Source: Candidatus Ozemobacteraceae bacterium
Lineage (GTDB): Bacteria > Muiribacteriota > Ozemobacteria > Ozemobacterales > Ozemobacteraceae
DNA length: 64,000 nucleotides
Assembly (NCBI GenBank): GCA_965140445.1
Contig: OZ223236.1
Span: 4,448,001-4,512,000, forward strand
Direction of reading: 5' to 3'
The position numbers were made by a program, and so were the translations under genes. This document shows positions 29,522-39,188 of the stretch, piece after piece; the stretch's first letter is position 1; each line of letters starts with the position of its first letter. The notes beneath the pieces are model-generated. The model searched no databases. It was given only the letters and a program-made list of their open reading frames with translations, and had not been told where the DNA came from.

Positions 29522-30322
29522 TTATTTCCTTTCGTTTTTCAGAGGAACCGGGGCAAAAAAGCATTTGAATCCCAATTCTTCACACTTTTCTTTTATGAAA
29601 TCTTTCCTTGACTGAGCTTTCGCCCCATCAAGACAAAAAACGTTATAACCTTTCTTCAGCGCATTTTTTAGAAGAACAACTTCCTCTTTCCTATCCCACG
29701 GGTGTTTATGCGCTCCTCTAATTCCGTTGAATAGTCCTTCAACTAACACTCCAGTTACTTTTCCAGGAAATGCACCCTTTTCAAAAAACTCCAGTCCATT
29801 GTGCAAAATCACTTCAGCCCCAGGGTTGAATCTTTTGCAATAAACAGAAATTTCACCTATCAGATATCCCATTTCAAGCTTATTAATTGGGTTATTGGAA
29901 ACCTTTTTGTAGTAATCAGGTCTAGCAAGAAATATCCCGGAAAAGCCTTTCTGCATATACTCCCGAATTTTAAATTTAAGCATTTTTTTGGCTTCGTCAG
30001 AGTAAAATTTTAATAACTGTCCGCCAGCAGGAGGATTACTGCGCTTTATCAGCAAGTCTTTTTCTTTTATTTCCCAGGATAAAAGACGAAACTCTTCAAA
30101 TTGAGTTAAATTAAGCCATGCAACAGGAACCACACCATTTTCCTGCATTTTGCGCAGGTCATGGCGACTCCAGTTGTCTGGCTCTAAAACTGCTATTCCA
30201 GCTGGAACTTCCGCAGCAACCTTCCCAAAATATACAGAAAAAGCATTCAATTGAGAGGCAATACAGCAAAACAGCACCAATGCGATTGCCTGAATAAGCT
30301 TAGAGTTAGATTTGTTTTTCAT
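29522..30322 (-). CDS. GH114/PelA-like (endo-alpha-1,4-polygalactosaminidase-like) secreted protein, divergent
   Basis: Signal peptide; VLEPD, VAWLN...E, KGFSGIFL, ILHNG and GVLVEGLF patterns. Confidence 0.55.
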   Translation of the reverse strand: MKNKSNSKLIQAIALVLFCCIASQLNAFSVYFGKVAAEVPAGIAVLEPDNWSRHDLRKMQENGVVPVAWLNLTQFEEFRLLSWEIKEKDLLIKRSNPPAGGQLLKFYSDEAKKMLKFKIREYMQKGFSGIFLARPDYYKKVSNNPINKLEMGYLIGEISVYCKRFNPGAEVILHNGLEFFEKGAFPGKVTGVLVEGLFNGIRGAHKHPWDRKEEVVLLKNALKKGYNVFCLDGAKAQSRKDFIKEKCEELGFKCFFAPVPLKNERK

Positions 30323-30328
30323 TAGAAC

Positions 30329-32035
30329 TTACTTCCATTCAGAGATTTTGTAGGAATTTGAAATTTTAACCTGCAATTCAGGTCTGGTTGAGATAAAGTC
30401 GACGCTGATTCTGGAGCGCTTGCCACTAAGCAGATAGTCAAACACAATCTGGTCGGTGAGCAGATTGCCGAAGTAGGCCCAGTGCATTGTGGGCTGCAAA
30501 GTCGGATCTATGGGGAACCACCCCTTACCATCAATAAACACTTCACACCAGGCATGGCCAATTGATGTCTCTTTGCGCATTAGCTCTGGCTTAACCAGAA
30601 AGCCTGTAACCACGCGAGCAGGAATGCCACGAATCAAGCACAAAGAAGCCAAAAGCCTTGAATACTCGGTACAATCGCATTGATCTAAATGTGAGAAAGC
30701 CCAGGCGACCGATTTATCTTCAAAGTTTTCTTTATATCCCAATCCTTTTGCAATGGCTTTAACACAGTTTTGCAAATAGTTGCCCGGCAAGCGTGAAAGC
30801 TTATCAGCAAGCGACTGAACCATTGGGTGATCAAGACTAAGCCGAGGATCAACGGTTAACTCCTTTAAATCAGGCCGCTTCACTCGAAGTCCGCTAATTC
30901 GACTACCAAGAAGAGCCGTAGTGCGAATCCTGTAATTTAGGCGCAAGTGAAAAGTAGATGAAATAAAATCTTTGGGTGTTTCAAACCTTAGCTTGCCGTT
31001 CAAATCCTGGCCTTTAGATTTAATCCTCTTGGCCATATCTCTTTTGATAACCAGCGCTTCAATTAAATCTATCGATTGATGATTTTTTATTTCTGGAGGC
31101 AGCTTCACCAGGAAATCCATTTTTTCAAGTGACTCGGGCTCACTGACCTGAATTGTAATGGTTTCAAAAAACTCAAAATCATTTGGTTTGATCGAAAAAT
31201 AAATTCTTTCAAGGCTTTCCCGGTTAATGATGTCTGGAAACCTTATCAGCGCGTCCCGGCACTCCATATCTAAACCATCCAACTGGCCCGCAAAATACTT
31301 TGCGCGGATATACGCGTCATGGACGTAGCCCTTTTCATCCCTCATTTTTGCTGTTTTGAAGGACCTTATCGCAGGATTGTAATCTTCCCGCTTCAAATAT
31401 TGCAAACCCAATAAATAGAAAGGATATGGGTCGCCCTGAATTTGATGTGCATACTGTTTCAATAAGGCAAAAGCGCTATCACTATCACCCGCCTGATCAT
31501 AGCTTGTAGCAAGAGCAACAGCAAAATTGGGGTCCTCTGGTTTCAATCTATGGGCTAAATTCAAATACGGAACAGCCAGTTCTGGCTTCTTATAGTCATT
31601 TAGCAAAATGACTCCGGCAAGATACGCCGCCTGAAAATTCTTTGGATCTGAAGCAAGTATTCGTCTTGATATCTTCAGACACTCGTCTTCACGACCATTC
31701 AATTTTTTTAAAGCAAGAAGTCGATTGGTCCAGAATCCTGTTTCGGAAGGAGCTTTCCTGCATGCCGCTGCAAACTTTTCTGCAGCCACAGCGAAGTTCT
31801 TAGCCTCCATCTGCCTTAATCCAAGATTATTTAACTCAACTGCCTGATTGAAATTTTCCGGAGAAACTTTTACTTTTTTTACAGCTGGAATGGGAGGTAA
31901 AGTAGTGTTTACACGGGTGCTGGAAATTCCCTGATTTTGGTCTGGCAAAAATCGGTCAAGAATATCTGCAGATAAAGCACTTGAAATAAACACAAATCCA
32001 AGTGCAATAACCTTCTTTGCAACAGAACTTAGCAT
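30329..32035 (-). CDS. Secreted TPR plus transglutaminase-like protein
   Basis: N-terminal TPRs; DCTEY...GIPARVVTG, HAWCEV and GWFPIDPT give a Cys-His-Asp triad. Confidence 0.85.
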   Translation of the reverse strand: MLSSVAKKVIALGFVFISSALSADILDRFLPDQNQGISSTRVNTTLPPIPAVKKVKVSPENFNQAVELNNLGLRQMEAKNFAVAAEKFAAACRKAPSETGFWTNRLLALKKLNGREDECLKISRRILASDPKNFQAAYLAGVILLNDYKKPELAVPYLNLAHRLKPEDPNFAVALATSYDQAGDSDSAFALLKQYAHQIQGDPYPFYLLGLQYLKREDYNPAIRSFKTAKMRDEKGYVHDAYIRAKYFAGQLDGLDMECRDALIRFPDIINRESLERIYFSIKPNDFEFFETITIQVSEPESLEKMDFLVKLPPEIKNHQSIDLIEALVIKRDMAKRIKSKGQDLNGKLRFETPKDFISSTFHLRLNYRIRTTALLGSRISGLRVKRPDLKELTVDPRLSLDHPMVQSLADKLSRLPGNYLQNCVKAIAKGLGYKENFEDKSVAWAFSHLDQCDCTEYSRLLASLCLIRGIPARVVTGFLVKPELMRKETSIGHAWCEVFIDGKGWFPIDPTLQPTMHWAYFGNLLTDQIVFDYLLSGKRSRISVDFISTRPELQVKISNSYKISEWK

Positions 32036-32053
32036 CTAACCACCTGAAAAAAA

Positions 32054-34597
32054 TTAAACTTCTATTTCCAATCTTTCAATTAGAATATCAAATTCTTCAA
32101 CGCTGGGCTTGTTAAAAACAACTTTTCTTTTTTGATATTTAAAATATGGAAACAACCCCAAAGCTTCAGTTCCTTCTCTGGAGATGAGAATAGCTTCTCC
32201 AGAAGGCAAGTCCAGCTCTGGGCGGTCTTCTTGCGCAAGCGGAACAGCCAGAGGGCCACTTAAATCAGCAAAAGGTTGTTTAGCGCCCTTTGGAGCCTTC
32301 ATAACAATTTTATTGTGCAATATAGACTTCACACCTGCCAGAATGTCACACAATCCCTCCACGGCCTGCGGAACCGTCTCATTTAAGGGTTCAATCGGGC
32401 TTTTTAAAAACTCATTTAACTCTCTGAGCATCATCAACGGATTTAAATCAGAAGACTCAGAAAAAACCCTGGCAAGCGAAAAAGTAAAAAACACAGGATT
32501 CTCACGAGATTGCTTCAAAGCCAAAGAAAAATTGTGCAGACATCTAAGTGATGTTGGCCCAATCAAATGCCCTTTCAGACAATCTTTAATACTCTTTTGA
32601 AGGACTTCAGAAGATGGTGCAAAAAATAAACAGGACTGAATAAAACACAGGTTTAGATAGCCAATTAGATTATCAGTGAGGGTTTTAATATTTTTCAGAT
32701 GACCTTCTGGAGTATTGGGAACAAATAATTCCTTGAGCGGGTCCGCCAAAAATGAGGGATATCTGGTTAATATGGTTTGAGCAGAAGGCGGAGGAGTTAT
32801 TTTTATCTTATTGGAAGGTTGTTGCGCACTTTCAGCTACTTCTGGCCTTACAGGTTTTGGAGTTGGCTGAGTGCTCTTAGCTTGAGCCTTTTCAAGAGTG
32901 TTTTCGACCTCTATTTCGTCTACTGCATTATTGGCTTGAATTTCTTTAACAGAGCTGGCCAGTTCTTCCACATTAACGCTTTCCAGATCTATTGATGAGA
33001 GATCGTCACCTTCATCCATAGTAAATTCAATGGTTTCTTCCACAACTTCAATAGATTCTTCTGCAACATTGCTTTCGCTCAAAGAATTTTGCCCGGAGCT
33101 CACTTCCGAAGCTTTTTCAACTGAATCAAGACTTATGCTGTCTGTAACTTCTTCTACGGAAGCTTCTTCTTGAGGCAATCCTGCACTTTCATCATCGGTT
33201 AAGTAGACCGCCTCAGTAGTATCTCCTTCAGATAAGTCGCCAGCTGCGGCCTGTAAATCCATTTGAAAAGAATCCTCAGATTCATCTAAAACGGACTCTG
33301 TTTCAAGCTTAGATTCAACATTTACAGAGACTTGAACTTCTGTCTCAAGTTCTTTTACAAATTCCTCTTCCTGAGTGGCATCTGGTTCTTTAATCTCTGA
33401 GATATTTTTATCATTTTCGACTTCAAGATTTGAGTCATCTAATTCTTCTATTGAAATCTCACCAAGAGCTTCGGTCTCATCTTCAAAATTCAGGTCTTCG
33501 AGAAATGGTTTATCTTCAACAACAACTGGCTCTTCAATCCCTGAAGTCTCATCCAGTTTGTCAGAAAAACTCTCCAGCTCTTCAGCAAAGCTTTCCATCT
33601 CTTCTTCGCTACAGTCAGATAGCTCTGCTTCAATTCTGGCATCTTCTTCCTCTTTTCTTTTAGCCTCTTCCTGAATTTTCTTGCGCTTCAGCTCCATTTC
33701 TTCTTTGAAGGATAAAACTGGCACTTCTGGTTCTACAGGCGCTTCTTCCTGATGCGATAAAACATTTGGGGCTAATTCAGGCTTTACTTCCGATTCATTA
33801 TTTAAAGCGACTTCATCCATTCTGGCCTGCTGCATGCTTTCCATTCTTTTCTTGCGGCTTACCGGAATAGCATCAAGCGCCTTCAGTGCTTCACGCGCTT
33901 TCCTCGAAACAAGAGCATTCTGATGAAACTGAACCTTACTTATAACCGATCTCAACTCTTTGCATACCAGGTGTGGCAAAAAAGGAGCCACATTCTTTAA
34001 AACCCATTCATCAGGGGAACCCAGGGCATAATCCAGAATAATTGCCAATTGAGATACCGGAAGCTCTTTAACCACTTTAAAAGCCATTTCCGACACAAAT
34101 GGATCTGGATCAGTGATCAGATTCAATACATACGCAAAATTTGTTGGTCTTCCACTGTTAAGAGCTACCTGGCAGGCAACAGAACGCACTTCAGGATCCA
34201 AACTATTTAAGCAACCTTCAATAAAATTTTGTGCAGAGGTAGGAATTTTTTCACCAATTTCATCCAGAACAGCAATTATCATTTGCCTTGTTCCAGATTT
34301 TAAAAGGTATTGCCACATTCGTTCTGAAAAACTTTGCACACCGTCAGGCTTTTGAAGCTGCTCCAGAATCAATCTTTCAAATGATAAATCTCTAGGATGC
34401 GCCTCTATTGCCAAAGCAATCTGAGCCATTAGAACGGCTATTTCAGGGTCCTTTTCATAAACGGCAGCTTCCTTTAGATCATTTAAAAGATCATGGTGGC
34501 GTTCAAAAAGGATTTTATAAGCAGCCTGTTTTCTTTTTTTGGCTTCGCTACTAAATAGTCTGGTTCTTATTTCGGTCTTCAAATTAGTCACTCTCAT
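32054..34597 (-). CDS. HEAT-repeat protein with a long acidic low-complexity linker
   Basis: DPEVRS.A and DPDPFVS..A HEAT-like motifs; about 300 aa of E/D/S-rich sequence; folded C-terminal domain. Confidence 0.7.
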   Translation of the reverse strand: MRVTNLKTEIRTRLFSSEAKKRKQAAYKILFERHHDLLNDLKEAAVYEKDPEIAVLMAQIALAIEAHPRDLSFERLILEQLQKPDGVQSFSERMWQYLLKSGTRQMIIAVLDEIGEKIPTSAQNFIEGCLNSLDPEVRSVACQVALNSGRPTNFAYVLNLITDPDPFVSEMAFKVVKELPVSQLAIILDYALGSPDEWVLKNVAPFLPHLVCKELRSVISKVQFHQNALVSRKAREALKALDAIPVSRKKRMESMQQARMDEVALNNESEVKPELAPNVLSHQEEAPVEPEVPVLSFKEEMELKRKKIQEEAKRKEEEDARIEAELSDCSEEEMESFAEELESFSDKLDETSGIEEPVVVEDKPFLEDLNFEDETEALGEISIEELDDSNLEVENDKNISEIKEPDATQEEEFVKELETEVQVSVNVESKLETESVLDESEDSFQMDLQAAAGDLSEGDTTEAVYLTDDESAGLPQEEASVEEVTDSISLDSVEKASEVSSGQNSLSESNVAEESIEVVEETIEFTMDEGDDLSSIDLESVNVEELASSVKEIQANNAVDEIEVENTLEKAQAKSTQPTPKPVRPEVAESAQQPSNKIKITPPPSAQTILTRYPSFLADPLKELFVPNTPEGHLKNIKTLTDNLIGYLNLCFIQSCLFFAPSSEVLQKSIKDCLKGHLIGPTSLRCLHNFSLALKQSRENPVFFTFSLARVFSESSDLNPLMMLRELNEFLKSPIEPLNETVPQAVEGLCDILAGVKSILHNKIVMKAPKGAKQPFADLSGPLAVPLAQEDRPELDLPSGEAILISREGTEALGLFPYFKYQKRKVVFNKPSVEEFDILIERLEIEV

Positions 34598-34630
34598 TAA
34601 GCTGAATTCATGGTAACTTTTGAATCAACT

Positions 34631-34670
34631 AAAAACAAGAACAGAACGATGAAACACCGTTCTGTTTTTT
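34631..34670 (-). terminator. Intrinsic terminator after the fmdB-like gene
   Basis: AACAGAACG...CGTTCTGTT stem with T/A tracts. Confidence 0.65.
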
Positions 34671-34682
34671 ATTTATTTTTAC

Positions 34683-35042
34683 TCAGGCTGCTTTGGGAAC
34701 CTGAGATTCAGCCTTTTTTCCAGTATCAGAGCTCTCCGATTTCTTTTCAGGTTTGCTGGTGCTGGATTTCTCGCTTTCAGCAGCTGGTTTTGTGTCTGTC
34801 TTTTTTGAAGAAGAGTCTGAGCTTTCCGTATTGCTATCTTTCTTCTTGGCTTCAAGATAACCGGAATCTCTGTAATCCGTAGAATAAAACCCAGATCCTT
34901 TAAATATCACTGAGCTTGCAGACATCAACTTCTTACCAACCCCGTTGCATTCAGGGCAATGCTGAGAATCAGTACAACTCATTGAATGAAAAGAATCGAA
35001 AACTTTTTCACATTGGGTACATTTGTAACTATAAGTAGGCAT
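34683..35042 (-). CDS. FmdB-family zinc-ribbon protein
   Basis: MPTYSYKCTQC...CPEC...FKGSGFYSTDY; ATG at 35042 after GGAGG; S/K-rich tail. Confidence 0.9.
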   Translation of the reverse strand: MPTYSYKCTQCEKVFDSFHSMSCTDSQHCPECNGVGKKLMSASSVIFKGSGFYSTDYRDSGYLEAKKKDSNTESSDSSSKKTDTKPAAESEKSSTSKPEKKSESSDTGKKAESQVPKAA

Positions 35043-35076
35043 TAACGATTCCTCCTGCAAAAACTATCCTAAACGA

Positions 35077-35103
35077 TTAGCACTCCATAAAGTAGAGTGC
35101 CAA
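35077..35103. promoter_or_regulatory. CIRCE element (HrcA operator)
   Basis: TTAGCACTC-CATAAAGTA-GAGTGCCAA against the consensus TTAGCACTC-N9-GAGTGCTAA (one mismatch). Confidence 0.88.
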
Positions 35104-35104
35104 T

Positions 35105-35133
35105 ACTCTATCACACCTTTGCTACCTGTTCAA
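35105..35133 (-). promoter_or_regulatory. Putative sigma70 promoter immediately upstream of the CIRCE
   Basis: TTGAAC-N17-TAGAGT with a TG extension, mostly inside the 3' end of the methyltransferase gene. Confidence 0.55.
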
Positions 35134-36763
35134 GAAAATTATGGCACTGCTCTATGAGCCATGAATGGTTCTCTGAAACGCCAAACGAATCTAACACGGC
35201 CACATCCAGATCATTTTGAAGTGTTTCAAAGCATTTTGGATCTTTTTCCATTTTTTTTACAATTTTTTCAACGGCATTGATGCATCTTGTTTTTGGTTCT
35301 GGCAGTGGAATTGATCTAACATTTGTAACGGTTATGTGAAAACTGAAATAGTGCCCACTAAACCACGCATTAACAATGGAACTATTTAATAATCCAACTA
35401 TGAATTCCAAACTAAATGGCTCGCGAACTCCAGAAATAGTCGAAATTGAGTTTTTTGGGTAAAACCCGTGTCTATCAAGGGTTGCCACAAGTCTTGTTGA
35501 AAGTTTTTCATTTCTTATGTTTTGATACAAAACCTTTGGATTGTCAAAAACTTCCGGCTTTCCCGCGTATGTTAAGTGTTTACCGTAATCCAGGTATTTG
35601 CCTTCCCAATTTGTGTAAAAGGGGCCTATTTCACGACCTTTCAAAACCTTTTTACTGTTATTGCCAATTGGCGCATCAGAAACAAATCTGGAAATTACAT
35701 CCCCTCTATTGCTGGACTCTTGTATTCCCACTCCAATTCTACAAATATCACCTAATTGAAGGTTGTTGCTTTCCATGCAATCAAATAAGCTCTTCAAGCT
35801 CTCAGGAATCAAAGCTCTTCTAAAACCTTTCTGGCAAGAAAGACTTTGAGATAAGGTTTTAAAAACATTCTTCCAGCCATTTTCTTTATCAAAATTTGTA
35901 TGAATGGTTGTTTCATTAGTTGCAGCTTCCCCACCCAACCTTAAATCTAAAATTACTGGAAGCACTCCAGGAGCTTTTGGGAAAAACCTTTCAGGTAACA
36001 AATACAAGTTTTCAGCATGGTTCTGTGAAAAAACTAATTCTCGAATCTTTGCACACTGCTTATTCACCATGTAAGTATGAGAGGTCAAAAAGATCATGCG
36101 CCCATTTTTGCTTAATCTTTCAATCCCCGCTTCAATGAAAAAGGTGTATAGATCCTTTTCCCCTTCGAAAGTCTTAAAGCGTTTTTTCAATCTCTTTTTG
36201 TAATCTTCATCTAAATTAACTTTATAAGGTGGGTTTCCAATAACCAGATCAAATTTTTCATGGGTGGTAATAAACAAAAAATCAGCCAAAATTAACTTTG
36301 GGATTCCTTTGAAATTACAGGCCTTTAGCAATCGGGCCAAGGTTATTAGCAAGGCCTGAGCATCAATATCAACTCCCCAAACCTTATCCAGAGAACACTC
36401 ATTATTATCGTTACATCTTTTTATATAAGGAACCAGAAATGCGCCTGTTCCGCAGGCTGGATCAATTACCTTCAAATTTTTTGAAACCGCCTTTTCATCG
36501 TAAAAATACTTCACAAACTCTTCAGGAGTGTAATACTGACCTGTGGTTCTTTTATGTGAATTATGGCGTGCTTCCAGGTCTGGAATTTGCTCTCCCTCAA
36601 CTGTTAAAAGAGGATATTCACCATTTTTCACCGAAGAAAGCCATTGATAAGGTTTTGCAGAAATACCAAGCCTCTCCAAAACCTCTACAGGGGTGATTTC
36701 AGGGGGTGAATCTTTACCTAATAAGGTGTCAGCAAACCAGTGAAATAACTTAATTGTTTTCAT
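35111..36763 (-). CDS. N6-adenine DNA methyltransferase (gamma class, TaqI/Eco57I-like)
   Basis: GQYYTP, IDPACGTGAFL, VIGNPPY and DLYTFFI motifs, plus a TaqI_C-like specificity region (LKGREI...GLLNS). Confidence 0.88.
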   Translation of the reverse strand: MKTIKLFHWFADTLLGKDSPPEITPVEVLERLGISAKPYQWLSSVKNGEYPLLTVEGEQIPDLEARHNSHKRTTGQYYTPEEFVKYFYDEKAVSKNLKVIDPACGTGAFLVPYIKRCNDNNECSLDKVWGVDIDAQALLITLARLLKACNFKGIPKLILADFLFITTHEKFDLVIGNPPYKVNLDEDYKKRLKKRFKTFEGEKDLYTFFIEAGIERLSKNGRMIFLTSHTYMVNKQCAKIRELVFSQNHAENLYLLPERFFPKAPGVLPVILDLRLGGEAATNETTIHTNFDKENGWKNVFKTLSQSLSCQKGFRRALIPESLKSLFDCMESNNLQLGDICRIGVGIQESSNRGDVISRFVSDAPIGNNSKKVLKGREIGPFYTNWEGKYLDYGKHLTYAGKPEVFDNPKVLYQNIRNEKLSTRLVATLDRHGFYPKNSISTISGVREPFSLEFIVGLLNSSIVNAWFSGHYFSFHITVTNVRSIPLPEPKTRCINAVEKIVKKMEKDPKCFETLQNDLDVAVLDSFGVSENHSWLIEQCHNFLEQVAKV

Positions 36764-36773
36764 TTCCTAAAAT

Positions 36774-36798
36774 AAAAAAGGGGCTTTGAGCCCCCTTT
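36774..36798 (-). terminator. Intrinsic terminator closing the DUF6754-GlmL-Wzz operon
   Basis: Minus strand reads GGGGCT-CAA-AGCCCC-TTTTTT. Confidence 0.75.
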
Positions 36799-36810
36799 AA
36801 AATTTGTTAA

Positions 36811-38046
36811 TTAAGCCTTAGCCTTTTTAGCAGCCAACTCTTCAGCTTTTTTCCGGTTAATAAACTCAATGACAAATGCAGCAAAAACGCCAAGAACGCC
36901 AGCTGCTAATCCAGCAAGAATAACCATTACTGAGCGTTTAGGCTTAGACTTTTTTTCTGGAGCTCTTGCATGGTCCAGAACTTCAAACTGGCTTCCTTCT
37001 TCAGCCTCAGCAATTTTTGCCATTTCAAACTGCTCAGTTAAAAGACCAAAAACCTTTTCCTTAACCTTGAGATTGCGATTAAGTCTAACATATTGCAATG
37101 CTATTTCTGGCAGCTCACCAAGAACCTTTTCTGTAGAAGCAATTTCTTTTTTCAAAGCTTCTATCTTGGCTTCTTCTGCAAGCTTTTTAGCTTCAACTTT
37201 AACCAATTCAGGCATATTGCCTGAAGCTCTCAGCATGCTATCTTGCATTTTTACAAAAATACCAGCTGTGACTTCTTCTGATTCAAGTTTTGCAAGTTTT
37301 TCGATTACGCCCTGAGCCTGCTTTTCGAGTGCAAAAATCTTATGTTTGTCCTGAAAGTCCTGTAAAACTTTCTCAGCTTCTTCAAGCTCTTTTGAGACTT
37401 TCGACAACTGCCTTTCGACAAAAGCTCTCTTCTCTTTCTGCGGGCCTTTTGAAAAATTTTCAAGATAAGCGATATAGGCTTCTGCAATCTCGGCCGATAA
37501 ACTTGCCGACATGGTTTCTGCTGAAACAGAAATTAAACCGTCTTTATCCTTATTTACAGAAACTATTTTGCTCACAGTTTCCAGCAAATCATCATATTTG
37601 GGTGGTTTACTTGGGATCTTACCCACAATAGACGGGTTAGTTGCAACCCCAAACTCATTAATAATTTTGGCACTAAGAGTTTTGCTTTTCAGGTAAGCAA
37701 CCAGATAGTCTGAAGAACCACCGCCTGCTCCGCCAAGGCCGCCAAGCATTCCAGCTAAAGGTATGCTATTCAACAGTGAACTCATCCCACTTTTGCCGGA
37801 ATGAACAAAAATGGTAGAAGTCGCCTTGTAATAATTTGGCAAAGTAAGACTATAAAGCGCTGTTAAAACAGCGACAATAAATGGAAAAACAATAATCAAT
37901 TTCCAGCGTTTAACCAGAACGCGAAACAGCTCGAAGAGATCTATTTCATCCTCTTCGAGCCCCATAATAATCTCGCGCTTTAAAAGCTCTTCTTTGACTT
38001 CCTTCTTGAGAGCTTCTGTATCAATTTCAGAGCTTTTACCTGACAT
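36811..38046 (-). CDS. Wzz/GumC-type polysaccharide chain-length determinant (no kinase domain)
   Basis: EDEIDL.EL..VL.KRW, TM1, periplasmic coiled coil, LD.A..PEKKSKPKR and TM2. Confidence 0.88.
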   Translation of the reverse strand: MSGKSSEIDTEALKKEVKEELLKREIIMGLEEDEIDLFELFRVLVKRWKLIIVFPFIVAVLTALYSLTLPNYYKATSTIFVHSGKSGMSSLLNSIPLAGMLGGLGGAGGGSSDYLVAYLKSKTLSAKIINEFGVATNPSIVGKIPSKPPKYDDLLETVSKIVSVNKDKDGLISVSAETMSASLSAEIAEAYIAYLENFSKGPQKEKRAFVERQLSKVSKELEEAEKVLQDFQDKHKIFALEKQAQGVIEKLAKLESEEVTAGIFVKMQDSMLRASGNMPELVKVEAKKLAEEAKIEALKKEIASTEKVLGELPEIALQYVRLNRNLKVKEKVFGLLTEQFEMAKIAEAEEGSQFEVLDHARAPEKKSKPKRSVMVILAGLAAGVLGVFAAFVIEFINRKKAEELAAKKAKA

Positions 38047-39170
38047 TATTCTTCAATTATCTCCACATTTGCTCTTGGCAGGGTAAGTTGCTCACCACCA
38101 TCAAGAAGTTCAATTGTAACAACACGAACTTTGGCTTCAGTTGGGATCTTGGTTGGCTGCTCAGGCAATTTTACCACCTTGGCAACTGCTCCAAAATTAG
38201 GCTGTCGAATAATTCTAACCAGGCTTCCCGGGTTCATTCCGCCTACATGAGATCCATCTTTCTCTTCAATCTTCTGACCAGCAAGAGGAATAATAACTTC
38301 AGGACGAATAACACCGGCACGAATCTGTGTGGCACCATTGATTGAAGTTTTCTTTCCTTGTGCGGCTTTTAATAGATCAAAGGTTTTCTGAGCCATATTA
38401 ATCTGACCGAAACCTTCAGTAACAACCAGAGTAATGCCTTTTTCTTCAGTACCTGTAATAGCAACACCAAGATCGTATCCGAGGAATTCTTTCAAATCGT
38501 GAGCATCATAACCACCTACAACCACGCCTTTAACACCAACCTCTACGGCTCTGTCAAGGGCTTCAGCTGTAACAAGTGATCCACCAACGATGATTTTATT
38601 CTTGTGTTCAATTTTAATCGAATCTTTATCAAGAATATCAGACGGACTCTTAGCAACCATTTCCAGTTCGCCAATTACTTCTGGACCAATTCCGAAAATT
38701 CCTTGCATGAAAGAAGCTATAGTATCAACTTTAACCCCTTCCCCTTCATAAATTTCTGAAATAGTTCCATCAACATAGCTGAGAACTTCTACTGGAATAG
38801 GTGGTTCACGAAGAATTGCCTGTCCAGTAACTGTTGAAAGGCTTTCGATTGTTCCGCGAATTGGAGATTTAACGAAAGACTTGAAGAAGCCCCATATTCC
38901 AGGAGTTTCTGCAATAACAGTGTCCTTTTCAACTGTATCGCCTTCTTTCTTAACCAGAAAGTCAGCAATTTCATTTGGCTCACAACCGAGAATATTAGCA
39001 ATATTCAAAGGGTAAACATTTCCAGGAAGATCAGTAGAGGCAACAACCTGCTCAGCGGTAACCTTATCTCCAACCTTCACATGAACATTACCGATCATAG
39101 GTAATCTTCTGTCCTTTTGGACTAACGTTTTTCCAACTATTTTTAGACCGGGCGTATATGCACTAGCCAT
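38046..39170 (-). CDS. Conserved unknown soluble protein with barrel-sandwich-hybrid-like repeats and a KOW-like C-terminus
   Basis: G.V.VKVGDKV and LVKKEGDTVEK...SPIRGTIE motifs; GSLVRIIRQPNFG C-terminal motif; TAATG coupling to wzz. Confidence 0.7.
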   Translation of the reverse strand: MASAYTPGLKIVGKTLVQKDRRLPMIGNVHVKVGDKVTAEQVVASTDLPGNVYPLNIANILGCEPNEIADFLVKKEGDTVEKDTVIAETPGIWGFFKSFVKSPIRGTIESLSTVTGQAILREPPIPVEVLSYVDGTISEIYEGEGVKVDTIASFMQGIFGIGPEVIGELEMVAKSPSDILDKDSIKIEHKNKIIVGGSLVTAEALDRAVEVGVKGVVVGGYDAHDLKEFLGYDLGVAITGTEEKGITLVVTEGFGQINMAQKTFDLLKAAQGKKTSINGATQIRAGVIRPEVIIPLAGQKIEEKDGSHVGGMNPGSLVRIIRQPNFGAVAKVVKLPEQPTKIPTEAKVRVVTIELLDGGEQLTLPRANVEIIEE

Positions 39171-39188
39171 TGTCAATCATCCTTTCGA

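Noticed and set aside
35111..36763. Complete restriction-modification or BREX/DISARM defence system
   Set aside because: No nuclease, helicase or other defence genes flank the methyltransferase.
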